Positions 19,299-28,858 of a stretch of DNA of 58,738 bases are shown here, piece by piece. Position numbers and translations under genes: made by a program. Positions within the stretch are counted from its first letter, which is position 1; every line of letters starts with the position of its first letter. This DNA comes from Actinomycetota bacterium. GTDB taxonomy: Bacteria > Actinomycetota > Acidimicrobiia > IMCC26256 > PALSA-555. Below the pieces are notes generated by a model. That model saw nothing but the letters and a program-made list of their open reading frames with translations. It ran no database searches and had not been told where the DNA came from. Location: the NCBI GenBank assembly GCA_016870595.1, contig VGBI01000005.1:1-58738 (forward strand), in the 5' to 3' direction.

Positions 19299-20126
19299 TC
19301 AGGCAGCGGGGAGCGGGCTCGGACGCGGGCCCCGGCCCGCCCGGGTGAAGCGACGGGCGAGCACGAACCCGACGAGCAGGGTGAGGAAGCCCCCGACCGC
19401 ATCGAGCACGAAGTGGTTGCCGGTCAGGACGATCGCCACCACGGTGCACGCCGGGTAGAGGATCGCGAGCGCCCGGGTCCAGCGCCGGCGCAACCGGGGG
19501 ACCAGCGCGCACGCGCACCACAGGGCCCACGCGCAGTGCACGCTCGGCATCGCGGCGTACTGGTTGGAGATCCGACTCACCGCACCCGAGTTGAACGACC
19601 AGAACGTGGGATAGCGCGCCAGCGTGTCGACGTACCCGTACGAGGCGGGGAGCAGCCGCGGGGGCATCAGCGGCCAGAGCGTGAAGCCGATGAGCGCGAG
19701 CGCAGTGGTCACGGCGAGCACGTTGCGCCACAGCGGGTAGTCGTCGGGCCACCGGGCGAACAGGAAGACCATCACGCCGATGGTGACGATGAAGTGGAAG
19801 GAGCCGTAGAAGTAGTTGGCGGCGATGATGATCGGCTTGACACCGAGCGCGAGGTCCTGGACGCGCTGCTCGAAGTGGATCCCCAGGAACTCCTGCACGT
19901 CGATGATGGCGCGGGCATTGCGGAACGCGGTGGCGACGTCGCCCTCGTTGGAGTTCCGGATCGCCGTGTATACGAGGTAGAAGAGCCCCATCAGGAGGAT
20001 CTCGCCCCACCAGTAGATGACCGATCCGTCGGCGAGCACCCGGGCGCCGGGCAGGCGTCGGCGGTGGGGCACCCGGGTGTCGGACCCGGTCGTCGACGGC
20101 CCTCCGGTCGCCCCCGGCCCCGTCAC
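19299..20126 (-). CDS. PAP2-superfamily membrane enzyme (Aur1/IPC-synthase-like)
   Basis: PLMPPR, NQYAAMPSVH, TGNHFVLD. Confidence 0.85.
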   Translation of the reverse strand: MTGPGATGGPSTTGSDTRVPHRRRLPGARVLADGSVIYWWGEILLMGLFYLVYTAIRNSNEGDVATAFRNARAIIDVQEFLGIHFEQRVQDLALGVKPIIIAANYFYGSFHFIVTIGVMVFLFARWPDDYPLWRNVLAVTTALALIGFTLWPLMPPRLLPASYGYVDTLARYPTFWSFNSGAVSRISNQYAAMPSVHCAWALWCACALVPRLRRRWTRALAILYPACTVVAIVLTGNHFVLDAVGGFLTLLVGFVLARRFTRAGRGPRPSPLPAA

Positions 20127-21184
20127 CGGTCGCCCGATCCCGGTCGGGCGCCCGCCGGCGCGCCCGCATCCGTGGCCAGGGTCGGGGTCCCGGTCGGGTT
20201 CCCGCTCGGGTCCCCGGTGCGCGACCGCCGATGGCCGACGGCGAAGGCGGGCGCCCCCAGGAGGCTCACGAGCAGGGTCATCCCGTACCAGAGCAGACCG
20301 ACCGCCACCGCCCGACCGGTCGGGACGCCGAGCGGGTGGAAGAGGAACGCGAGCAGCCCTTCGCGCACGCCGAGGCCACCGATCGTGATCGGGACGACCT
20401 GCACCATCGCGACCGCGGGGACGTAGGCGAGGACCGAGGCGTTCGGGATGCGCACGTCGACGACGTGGAACGCGCAGTAGACCGATCCCACCACCACGAG
20501 CTGGTAGGCGAGGGCGGCCAGGAGGACCATCGCCGCGTCGCGGGGCGAGCGCCGCAACCGGTCCACGCCGACGTGGACCGCACCGATCGCGCGCATCCAG
20601 TTGTCGTGGTCGGCGAAGCGTCCGGCGGCGCGCGGATGTCCGGCCAGGAACAGCACCGCACCGAGGACGACGAGCGTGGCCACCGCGACGAGCACCGCGA
20701 CGAGGCTGCGCGACTCGTCGAGCAGGCTCGGCATCGCGACGAAGCCCGCCACGACGAGCACCGGCAGGATCACGAAGCCGGTGAGCCGCTCGAGGATCAC
20801 CGCCGCGAACGCATCGGTGGTGTTGCCGATGTCGGCCGACGACCGGCTCACCCGGAGGACGTCACCCCCGACGGTGGACGGCAGTGGGTTCCCCACGAAC
20901 TGGCCGGCGAGGTAGTGCTTGGTGAGGGTCCGCAGGCGGACCGAGTACCCGAACACGGTCAGGACCCGCTGCCACCGCCAGGCGGCGAGCACGAAGCTCC
21001 CCGCCATGAGCCCGACCCCGGCCACCAGGAAGGCCCACGTCCCGTTGGTGTGGTGGTCGGGGACGAAGCCGCCGAAGTCGATCTTGGTGACCAGCACCGA
21101 CAGGAGTGCGGCACTCACGAGGAGGCGCAGCCACACCCGCGTCCGCGGGTGCCGGCGCGCCCGGGGCTGCTCGCCTCCCGCCAT
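20123..21184 (-). CDS. UPF0104 / lysylphosphatidylglycerol synthase TM-domain protein (flippase-like)
   Basis: AWRW, LPSTVGGDVLR, PITIGGLGVRE. Confidence 0.85.
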   Translation of the reverse strand: MAGGEQPRARRHPRTRVWLRLLVSAALLSVLVTKIDFGGFVPDHHTNGTWAFLVAGVGLMAGSFVLAAWRWQRVLTVFGYSVRLRTLTKHYLAGQFVGNPLPSTVGGDVLRVSRSSADIGNTTDAFAAVILERLTGFVILPVLVVAGFVAMPSLLDESRSLVAVLVAVATLVVLGAVLFLAGHPRAAGRFADHDNWMRAIGAVHVGVDRLRRSPRDAAMVLLAALAYQLVVVGSVYCAFHVVDVRIPNASVLAYVPAVAMVQVVPITIGGLGVREGLLAFLFHPLGVPTGRAVAVGLLWYGMTLLVSLLGAPAFAVGHRRSRTGDPSGNPTGTPTLATDAGAPAGARPGSGDR

Positions 21185-21249
21185 CCCCGTAGATTAGGAG
21201 GAGCCGAGCCTTCTCGGTCCGGCGCCGTGGTGGGTTCGGGGAGGGAGCC

Positions 21250-22083
21250 GTGCGGGTTCGGGTCGACGACGGGGTCGAGCTCGCCGTCACGGTGCACGGC
21301 GCCGGGCCCCCGCTCCTGTGCGTGCACGGGTTCGGGGGCGCGAAGGAGGACTTCGCCGACCACCTCGAGCGGCTCGGCACCCGGGCCCGGGTCGTCCTGG
21401 TGGACCTGCGGGGCCATGGCGACAGCGGCGGCCCCGCCGACCCGGCCGCGTACTCGCTCGACCGGTGTGCCGCCGACCTCTGGGCCGTCGCCGACGCGCT
21501 CGGGCTCGGACGGGTGCGCCTGCTCGGCCATTCGATGGGGGGCATGGTCGTCCGGCGCATGGCCGTCACCGCACCCGATCGCGTCGACGCCGTGGTGTTC
21601 GAGAGCACGGCGGCCGGTCCGCCCCGTGGCCTCGAGCCCGACCTGGTGGACCTCGGTGCCGCGCTCGCGCTCGAGGACTTCGCCGCGCTCAAGGCCGTCC
21701 TGGACGAGGCCCGGGTGCTCGGGACGCCCGCGTACGAGCGCCTCCTGGCCGACCGCCCGGGCTTCACCGACTACGTCGACGGCAAGTGGGCCCGTCTGGT
21801 GCCGGCCATGTGGTCGGCGCTCGCCCCGGCGATCGCGCGCGAGCCCGACGCGACCCACGAGGTCCGCGCGATCGCGTGCCCCGTCCTCGTGATCGTCGGG
21901 GCGCTCGACGCGGTCTTCCTCGACGCATCGACCGCGATCGCCGCGGCCGCCCCCGACGCCCGACTCGTGGTCGTCGCCGACGCCGGGCACCACCCCCACT
22001 TCGAGGACCCCGAGGCCTGGTTCGTCGCGCTGGCGACGTTCCTCGACGGTCTCGCCGAACCCGAGGGAGCCGATCCGTCATGA
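21250..22083 (+). CDS. Alpha/beta hydrolase
   Basis: HGFGG, DLRGHG, GHSMGG, AGHHPHFE. Confidence 0.9.
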   Translation: MRVRVDDGVELAVTVHGAGPPLLCVHGFGGAKEDFADHLERLGTRARVVLVDLRGHGDSGGPADPAAYSLDRCAADLWAVADALGLGRVRLLGHSMGGMVVRRMAVTAPDRVDAVVFESTAAGPPRGLEPDLVDLGAALALEDFAALKAVLDEARVLGTPAYERLLADRPGFTDYVDGKWARLVPAMWSALAPAIAREPDATHEVRAIACPVLVIVGALDAVFLDASTAIAAAAPDARLVVVADAGHHPHFEDPEAWFVALATFLDGLAEPEGADPS

Positions 22084-23723
22084 CCGACACGCCCGCCGCC
22101 CCGGCCGGTCTGTTCGCCACGCGCGTCCTGCGGGCCCATGCGGTCGACACCGTGTTCACGCTCAACGGTGGGCACCTGTGGCCGCTCTACGACGGCTGCG
22201 TCCAGGAGGACGTCCGCCTCGTCGACACCCGCCACGAGCAGACCGCCGCGTTCGCGGCCGAGGGGTGGGCGAAGGTCACCCGACGGGTCGGGGTCGCCGC
22301 GCTGACCGCGGGGCCGGGAGTGACCAACGGGGTGAGTGCCCTCACCAGCGCGTGGATGAACGGCTCGCCGGTGTTCGTGGTGGGAGGTCGGGCGCCGGTC
22401 GGGCGGTGGGGGCAGGGATCACTGCAGGAGCTCGACCACGTGCCGATCGTGGCACCGATCACCAAGTACGCCGCCACCGCGACCACGGCCGACCGCGTGG
22501 CCGCCGAGTTCGACACCGCGTTGCGCGCGGCCCGGTCGCCGCACCGGGGTCCGACCTTCGTCGACGTGCCGCTCGACGCGTGGGGCCCGGCCACTGCGCC
22601 GGCTCCGGTGCCGCCCGCCGCTCCCGCCGCCGGTACCGCCCCCGACCCGGACGCGGTGGCGGCGGTCGCAGCCCGGATCGCGGCCGCCGAGCGTCCCGTG
22701 CTGATGCTCGGCGGCGACGTCTACTGGGCCGGGGCCGAGGGCGCCGTGCGGGTCCTGCTCGAGGAGGGCGAGCTGCCGGCCTTCGTCAACGACATGGGGC
22801 GCGGGCTGATCCCGGCCGATCATCCCCACGCCTTCGCCCGGGCCCGGGGACTCGCCTTCGCCGAGGCTGACCTGGTGGTGGTGCTCGGGACCCCGCTCGA
22901 CTTCCGGCTCGGCTTCGGCCGCTTCGCCGCCGCCGACGTCGTCCACGTGGTGGACGCGCCCGACGGGATCGCGACCCATGCGCCGCTCGCGGGTGCGGTG
23001 GCCGGTGACCTCGCCCGGGTGATCGGAGCCCTCGCCGAGCAGGTCCCGGCCCGGACCCCGGCGTCGGCCCGCAGTGCGCGCGTGGCCTGGCGGGAGCGCC
23101 TGCGCGCCACCGAGCAGGCGGCCCGGGCCGGCGACGCCGCCCGCCTCACCTCGGCCGCGACCCCGATCGACCCGGTCCGGGTCTACGGCGAGCTGGCGCC
23201 GCGGCTCGACCGTGACGCGATCGTCATCGGCGACGGCGGCGACTTCGTCTCGTACGCCGGCCGCTACGTCGACACGTTCGTCCCGGGTGGCTTCCTCGGC
23301 CCGGGCCCCTACGGCTGCCTCGGGTCCGGCTTCGGCTACGCGCTCGCCGCCGCCACCGCCTTCCCGGACCGCCAGGTGGTGCTGCTGCTGGGTGACGGCG
23401 CGATCGGCTTCGGGCTCGGCGACCTCGACACCCTCGCGCGCCACGGGGCGAACGTGGTGGGGATCGTGGGCAACAACGGCATCTGGGGACTCGAGAAGCA
23501 CCCGATGCAGCGACTGTTCGGGTACGACGTGGCCTGCGACCTCGTGCCCGGGACCCGCTACGACCGGGTCGCCGCCGATCTCGGCTGCCACGGCGAGCTG
23601 GTGCGGACGCCCGAGGAGATCGGACCGGCGCTGGACCGGGCCTTCGCCCACGCCGGCCCGGCCCTGGTCAACGTGCTCACCGACCCCGACGACGCCTACC
23701 CGCGGTCGAGCAACCTCGGCTGA
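22080..23723 (+). CDS. Thiamine-diphosphate enzyme (mycobacterial IlvG-like acetolactate synthase / 2-hydroxyacyl-CoA lyase family)
   Basis: RHEQTAAFAA, TAGPG, GDG..NN ThDP motif, C-terminal YPRSSNLG. Confidence 0.88.
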   Translation: MTDTPAAPAGLFATRVLRAHAVDTVFTLNGGHLWPLYDGCVQEDVRLVDTRHEQTAAFAAEGWAKVTRRVGVAALTAGPGVTNGVSALTSAWMNGSPVFVVGGRAPVGRWGQGSLQELDHVPIVAPITKYAATATTADRVAAEFDTALRAARSPHRGPTFVDVPLDAWGPATAPAPVPPAAPAAGTAPDPDAVAAVAARIAAAERPVLMLGGDVYWAGAEGAVRVLLEEGELPAFVNDMGRGLIPADHPHAFARARGLAFAEADLVVVLGTPLDFRLGFGRFAAADVVHVVDAPDGIATHAPLAGAVAGDLARVIGALAEQVPARTPASARSARVAWRERLRATEQAARAGDAARLTSAATPIDPVRVYGELAPRLDRDAIVIGDGGDFVSYAGRYVDTFVPGGFLGPGPYGCLGSGFGYALAAATAFPDRQVVLLLGDGAIGFGLGDLDTLARHGANVVGIVGNNGIWGLEKHPMQRLFGYDVACDLVPGTRYDRVAADLGCHGELVRTPEEIGPALDRAFAHAGPALVNVLTDPDDAYPRSSNLG

Positions 23724-24110
23724 TCAGTCCCCACCGGCGGCGCGCTCGAGGAAGCGGTCCCGCTCCACGCTCACCCGGGTGATGCGGCCGGCGGCGACGA
23801 GACCGTTGCCGTCGGTGACCGCGACGCGGAACGTGAGGCGACGCCCCTCGACCGCCTCGAGCGTGGCCTCGGCCCGCACGACGGCGCCGGGCACCGTGGG
23901 CGCGAGGTGGTCGAGCTGCACGCGGTACCCGACGGTGGTGGCGCCGGGCGTGAGCGCGCCGTCGAGCGCGCGCACGGTGGCCTCCTCGGCGAGGGCGACC
24001 ACCCGGGGGGTCGCGAGCACCGCGACGTCACCCGAGCGGGCCGCGACGGCGGTGTCGGCGTCGGTCACCTCGAGCGTGACGACAGCGGAGAGACCGGGCC
24101 GGGGCGCCAT
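23724..24110 (-). CDS. Hotdog thioesterase, FlK-like
   Basis: VLATP..E.A, TVG..HLAPT (Thr/Glu/His pattern). Confidence 0.8.
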   Translation of the reverse strand: MAPRPGLSAVVTLEVTDADTAVAARSGDVAVLATPRVVALAEEATVRALDGALTPGATTVGYRVQLDHLAPTVPGAVVRAEATLEAVEGRRLTFRVAVTDGNGLVAAGRITRVSVERDRFLERAAGGD

Positions 24111-24205
24111 GGGGCGAGCCTAGGCGCGCCCCGGTGTCGCCACTGGAGCGGACCGGGTCGGGGATCCGGTCATCATCGGGCCGGGGAGCCGGTAGAAATG
24201 GTCCC

Positions 24206-25618
24206 GTGCACGAACGCGACGCAAGCGCCCTGATCGACCGCGACGTGGTCGAGCGCACGCTCGGCGTCGCACTCGCGCGGGGTGGCGACTTCGCCGAGGT
24301 GTTCGCCGAGGACCGGGCGGGCGTCACCGCCCGGCTCGACGACGGCCGGGTCGAGGAGCTGTCCTCGGGCCGGAGCCGCGGCGTCGGGATCCGGGTGGTG
24401 CGGGGGGAGACGACCGGCTTCGCGCACACGGCCGACTGCTCCGCGGCCGGCCTCGCCGCCGCGGCCGTCGCCGCCGCGGCCGCGGCGACCGAGTCGGGTG
24501 GCGCGGGGCGGATCGCCGCGCTCCCCGACCGTCCGGTCGGCCCGGGTCCCCGGGCCGGGGTCCTGCCGGGCACCGTGGCCAAGGACGCCAAGGTGGCGCT
24601 GCTCGAGCGGGCCGACGCCGCGGCGCGTGCCCGCAGCGGCTCGATCCGCCAGGTGAGCGCGGCCTACGCCGACGGGCGTCGCCGCATCCTGGTCGCCAAC
24701 TCCGACGGCGTGTTCGCCGAGGACGACCAGGTCCGGACCCGCTTCACCGTGACCTGCGTGGCCGAGGGCGACACCGGCCTGCACACCGGCACCGAGTCGC
24801 CGGGGCGGACCGTGGGCTTCGAGCTCTTCGACGACGTCGACCCCGAGGAGGTCGCGCGTGTCGCCGCCGACCGTGCGCTCGCGCTCCTGCGGGCCCGGCC
24901 GGCCCCGTCGGGTCGCCTCCCGGTGGTGCTCAAGCGTGGTGCCGGTGGGGTGCTGTTCCACGAGGCCTGCGGGCACGGCCTCGAGGCCGACCTCGTGCGC
25001 CGCGACTCCTCGGTGTTCCGGGGCCGCGTCGGGGAGATGGTCGCCTCACCCCTCGTGACGCTGGTCGACGACGGGACCTACGGACGCGAGTGGGGGACCT
25101 TCGCCATCGACGACGAGGGCACACCGGCGCGCCGCAACGTCCTGATCGACCAGGGCGTGCTCACCGACTACATCTGGGACCTGGTCCGGGCCCGGGCCGC
25201 CGGCCGACCGAGCAGCGGCAACGGGCGGCGCGAGACGTACCGGCACCTGCCGATGGTCCGGATGACCAACACCTACCTCGTGGCCGGGGCCGACGACCCC
25301 TCCGACATCATCGCCGACACCGAGCACGGGCTCTACTGCGCCGCGCTCGGGGGCGGGCAGGTGAACACCGCCACCGGCGACTTCGTGTTCGGGGTGACCG
25401 AGGCCTACCTCATCGAGCACGGGGAGATCACCGAGCCGGTGCGGGCCGCGCAGCTCATCGGCAACGGGCCCGAGACCCTCTGCCTGGTCGACGCCGTGGG
25501 CAACGACTTCGACACCTGGGCCGGCACCTGCGGCAAGGACGGCCAGGGGGTCCCGGTGTCGGCGGGCCAGCCCACGCTGCGGGTGGCCGAGCTCACCGTC
25601 GGCGGCACCGCCTCGTGA
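24206..25618 (+). CDS. tldD: TldD metalloprotease subunit
   Basis: HEACGH, DDEG, RMTNT, CGKDGQ.VPV..GQP. Confidence 0.92.
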   Translation: MHERDASALIDRDVVERTLGVALARGGDFAEVFAEDRAGVTARLDDGRVEELSSGRSRGVGIRVVRGETTGFAHTADCSAAGLAAAAVAAAAAATESGGAGRIAALPDRPVGPGPRAGVLPGTVAKDAKVALLERADAAARARSGSIRQVSAAYADGRRRILVANSDGVFAEDDQVRTRFTVTCVAEGDTGLHTGTESPGRTVGFELFDDVDPEEVARVAADRALALLRARPAPSGRLPVVLKRGAGGVLFHEACGHGLEADLVRRDSSVFRGRVGEMVASPLVTLVDDGTYGREWGTFAIDDEGTPARRNVLIDQGVLTDYIWDLVRARAAGRPSSGNGRRETYRHLPMVRMTNTYLVAGADDPSDIIADTEHGLYCAALGGGQVNTATGDFVFGVTEAYLIEHGEITEPVRAAQLIGNGPETLCLVDAVGNDFDTWAGTCGKDGQGVPVSAGQPTLRVAELTVGGTAS

Positions 25619-26979
25619 GCGAGGCCGCGCCCGATCTCGAGGCGGTCGTCGCGGCCATCGCCGATCGGGCCGCGCCGGGCGAGCAGGTGGAGGCGTACGC
25701 CAACCACTCGGTCGAGACCGACGTGAAGGTCCACGGGGGAGCGGTCGAGGAGCTCACGGTCGCCGAGAGCGGCGGGGTGGGCGTCCGTGTCGTCGTCGAC
25801 GGACGCCTTGGTTACGCCTGGGTCGGATCGCTCGCCCCCGACCTGGTCGCCGGGGTGCTCGACGAGGCCCGGGACAACGCGCGGTTCGCCGCACCCGACC
25901 CACACAACGACCTCCCGACCGCGGCCGACGCCGTCGGGGTCGACGTCGCGTCGCTCGACCTCTGGCGCGACGAGTGCATCACGGTCCCCACCACCGAGAA
26001 GGTCGCACTCGCACTCGCGCTCGAGCGGATCGCGGCGGGGCTCGACCCGCGGGTCCGGGGGGTGGAGTCGGTGCACTACGGCGACGCCGCCGCCCGGTCG
26101 GCGGTCGCGAGCTCGCTCGGGGTGCGGGCGTCGTCGCGCCGGACGGTGAGCTCGTGCAGCGTGAGTGCCCTGGCCGGGGAGGGCGACGGCACCCGGACCG
26201 GCTCCGGGTTCTCGGTGGGCCGCACCCTGGCCGACCTCGATCCCGACCGGGCCGCCCGCGACGCCGTGACCCGGGCGACCCGGCTGCTCGGGGCCGCTCC
26301 GGTGACGTCGCGTCGCGTCCCGGTCGTGTTCGACCCGCTCGTCACCCGGTCGCTGCTCGGGATCCTCGGGGCCGCGGTCAACGGCGAGGCGATGAACAAG
26401 GGTCGGTCCATGTTCCTCGGTCGGCTCGACCAGCCGGTGGCGGCCGCGTCCGTGACCCTGGTCGACGACCCGACCGACGCGCGCGCCTCGGGCGCGGCGC
26501 CCTACGACGCCGAGGGCATCCCCACGCGCCGCAACCCGCTGATCACCGACGGGGTCCTGTGCGGCGTGCTGCACAACACCGCGACCGCTCGGCGGGCCGG
26601 GGTCGCAACCACCGGCTCGGCGGTGCGGGCCGGCTACGCGTCGCCTCCTGGTGTCGGGGCCCGTGCGCTCGCGCTGGCCCCGGGGCCGCGGAGTCCCGAC
26701 GAGATCCTCCGCATCGCCGGCGACGCGTTCTTCGTGCAGTCGGTGAGCGGCCTGCACTCGGGCACCAACCCGGTCAGCGGCGACCTGTCGCTCGGGGCCG
26801 AGGGGCTCTTGATCCGCGACGGCGAGCTCGCCGACCCGGTCCGCGGGGTCACGATCGCCTCGACCGTCCCGCGCATGCTGCTCGACGTGGTGGCGGTCGG
26901 GTCGGACCTCACCTGGTTGCCGGGCGCCGCGGCCGGGCTCACGCTGCTCGTCGGGGAGATGGCGCTCAGCGGCGCGTGA
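25615..26979 (+). CDS. pmbA: TldE/PmbA subunit
   Basis: TldD paralogue without HExxH; YDAEG, NPVSGDLS; GTGA-coupled. Confidence 0.88.
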   Translation: MSEAAPDLEAVVAAIADRAAPGEQVEAYANHSVETDVKVHGGAVEELTVAESGGVGVRVVVDGRLGYAWVGSLAPDLVAGVLDEARDNARFAAPDPHNDLPTAADAVGVDVASLDLWRDECITVPTTEKVALALALERIAAGLDPRVRGVESVHYGDAAARSAVASSLGVRASSRRTVSSCSVSALAGEGDGTRTGSGFSVGRTLADLDPDRAARDAVTRATRLLGAAPVTSRRVPVVFDPLVTRSLLGILGAAVNGEAMNKGRSMFLGRLDQPVAAASVTLVDDPTDARASGAAPYDAEGIPTRRNPLITDGVLCGVLHNTATARRAGVATTGSAVRAGYASPPGVGARALALAPGPRSPDEILRIAGDAFFVQSVSGLHSGTNPVSGDLSLGAEGLLIRDGELADPVRGVTIASTVPRMLLDVVAVGSDLTWLPGAAAGLTLLVGEMALSGA

Positions 26980-27619
26980 GCGCGCCGGGGACCACCGCCT
27001 CCTCGGGCGGGACGACGGCGAGGAACAGCCGCCCCCGGGCCGCCGCCGTGGCCAGCGCCGCGGCGCCGGCCTCGTCGACGAGCAGCGTCACCGAGGCGCG
27101 ATCGGCGGCGATGACGATGGCGCCCGCGGTCGCGACCTGGGCCCGTCCGGGGACGCTCCCCGTCGGATCGACGCTGCGCTCGGGGGCGAGGTAGACGTCC
27201 ACCGGGGTTCCGGGTCGGGGCCGCAGGCCGCCGTCGACCTCGATCCGCACCGCCCGGGTCCCGGCGGGAAGCCCGGCGGCGAGGCCCCGGCGGCCGCGCG
27301 CCGCAAGGTGGCTGCGGTGCAGGTACCCGCCCGCGACGACCGGGACCCGCACGACCCGACCCCGCGCCCGGGCCGGTCCCCGCACCACCCCGGCGGGGAG
27401 CTGGGACGCATGGACCCGGCGGGTGGTGAGGTCGGCACCGGTCACCGTGGCGCCGAGCGGGAGGTCGGTCCGGGCGACCGCCACGGCGACCGGGGGGCCG
27501 AGCCGGGCCGCCCGCCGGCGCAGGGCCGTGAGGTCGTCGACCACGACGGCGGCGCTGGTGGCGGCCAGCAGGGCTGCAGCGGCCCACAGGCCCAGGACTC
27601 GGGGGGAGCGTCGGAGCAT
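26966..27619 (-). CDS. SAF-domain / CpaB-like protein (Rv0990c-like position)
   Basis: N-terminal TM then VAVARTDLPLGATVT..DL; lies downstream of FmdB. Confidence 0.75.
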   Translation of the reverse strand: MLRRSPRVLGLWAAAALLAATSAAVVVDDLTALRRRAARLGPPVAVAVARTDLPLGATVTGADLTTRRVHASQLPAGVVRGPARARGRVVRVPVVAGGYLHRSHLAARGRRGLAAGLPAGTRAVRIEVDGGLRPRPGTPVDVYLAPERSVDPTGSVPGRAQVATAGAIVIAADRASVTLLVDEAGAAALATAAARGRLFLAVVPPEEAVVPGALTRR

Positions 27620-27704
27620 CGACCCGCCTTCCGGGAGACGCGGCAGCGCCGCGGGGACGGGGAAGGCGGGGGAGTGGACGGGCGGCGGTGCCCGGGCCCG
27701 ACGG

Positions 27705-28064
27705 TCAGTCGGACGACGAGGAGCCCGAGGACGAGCCCGACGAGGAGCCCGACGACGAGGACCCCGACGAGGAGCCCGACGACGACCCCGACGACGAGGA
27801 CCCCGAATCCGACGACGATGACGAGGAGGAGCCCGACGCCGACGACGACGAGGAGGACGACGACGACCCCGACGACTTCTTCCCGGAGCGGTTGTCGGTC
27901 TTGTAGAAGCCCGAGCCCTTGAGCACGATCCCGGCCGGGCTGAGCACCTTCGAGAGCTTGCCCCCGCAGCCACCGGCGTGACGGGTCTTGGGCTTCTCGT
28001 CGAACGACTGCCAGATCTCGAGCTCGTCGCCGCACTTGGCACAGCGGTACCGGTAGGTGGGCAT
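27705..28064 (-). CDS. FmdB-family zinc-ribbon protein with Ser-rich tail (Rv0991c/Ruc-like)
   Basis: MPTYRYRCAKCG..GGCGG..GIVLKGSGFYKTD followed by poly-Ser/Gly. Confidence 0.9.
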   Translation of the reverse strand: MPTYRYRCAKCGDELEIWQSFDEKPKTRHAGGCGGKLSKVLSPAGIVLKGSGFYKTDNRSGKKSSGSSSSSSSSSASGSSSSSSSDSGSSSSGSSSGSSSGSSSSGSSSGSSSGSSSSD

Positions 28065-28127
28065 GGGTCCTCGGATCCCCTGGGTGGTGGGCAGATGGCG
28101 GTCGGGTACCGGGCGGGAGGTCGCGTG

Positions 28128-28154
28128 CTGGCACTCCCACCGGGCGAGTGCCAA
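28128..28154 (-). promoter_or_regulatory. CIRCE element (HrcA operator)
   Basis: Minus strand TTGGCACTC-N9-GAGTGCCAG, immediately downstream of a TAGGGT -10-like hexamer. Confidence 0.85.
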
Positions 28155-28224
28155 CCCTACCCCGACCGGCCGAGGGGCTCGCCCCGGGGTCGCTCCCGGG
28201 CGGGGGATGGCCCACAATGGGGCC

Positions 28225-28839
28225 GTGACCTGGATCCTCGCCCTCGTCCCCGTGGCGTACCTGCTCGGGACCTTCCCCAGCGCCGGGCTCGTGGCCCGCC
28301 GGGCGGGCATCGACGTCACCCGGTCGGGCTCGGGCAACCCCGGGGCGTCGAACGTGGTGCGGCTCATGGGCTGGAAGGCCGGGGTGCTGGTCTTCGTCCT
28401 CGACGCAGCCAAGGGCGCGATCGCCGCCGGGGCCGGCCTCGCGATCGACGGCCACCGGGGGGCGTGGATCCTCGGGGTTGCCGCCGTGGTCGGCCACGTG
28501 TTCCCGGTGTGGCGGCGGTTCAAGGGCGGGCGCGGGGTGGCCACGGGCGGCGGGGTGTTCGTGGTCCTCTACCCGATCGTGACCCTGGTGCTCGCCGTGG
28601 TCTGGGTCGCCATCGCCCGGGGCCTGCACAAGGCCTCGGTCGCGTCGCTCACCGTCGCGGTGCTCGCGCCCGTGACGGTGATCGTGCTGGGTGGCAGCCT
28701 CCTCGACGTCCTCATCGTCACCGCCGTGGCCGTGCTCCTGATCGGCCGCCACCTCCCCAACCTGCGCCGTCTGGTCCGGGGCGAGGAGCACGGGCTCGCA
28801 CAGCCGACCGCGCCCGACGACGACGCCCCCGAGACCTGA
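28225..28839 (+). CDS. plsY: Glycerol-3-phosphate acyltransferase
   Basis: YLLG..GSGNPGASN, DAAKG, GHVFP..FKGGRGVAT, RH.PN..RL..GEE. Confidence 0.92.
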   Translation: MTWILALVPVAYLLGTFPSAGLVARRAGIDVTRSGSGNPGASNVVRLMGWKAGVLVFVLDAAKGAIAAGAGLAIDGHRGAWILGVAAVVGHVFPVWRRFKGGRGVATGGGVFVVLYPIVTLVLAVVWVAIARGLHKASVASLTVAVLAPVTVIVLGGSLLDVLIVTAVAVLLIGRHLPNLRRLVRGEEHGLAQPTAPDDDAPET

Positions 28840-28858
28840 CCGGGGGTAGCGTCGCGGC

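Noticed and set aside
13993-24110. Organofluorine pathway (Fluc + ClC + FlK-like thioesterase)
   Set aside because: FlK-like proteins are widespread, the gene is more than 7 kb away in another unit, and no fluorinase or dehalogenase is present
24206-26979. RiPP cluster around tldD/tldE
   Set aside because: No precursor peptide, YcaO or modifying enzyme nearby; TldDE are common housekeeping proteases
27688-27906. Highly acidic 72-aa ORF (poly D/E)
   Set aside because: It is the antisense read of the FmdB Ser-rich tail
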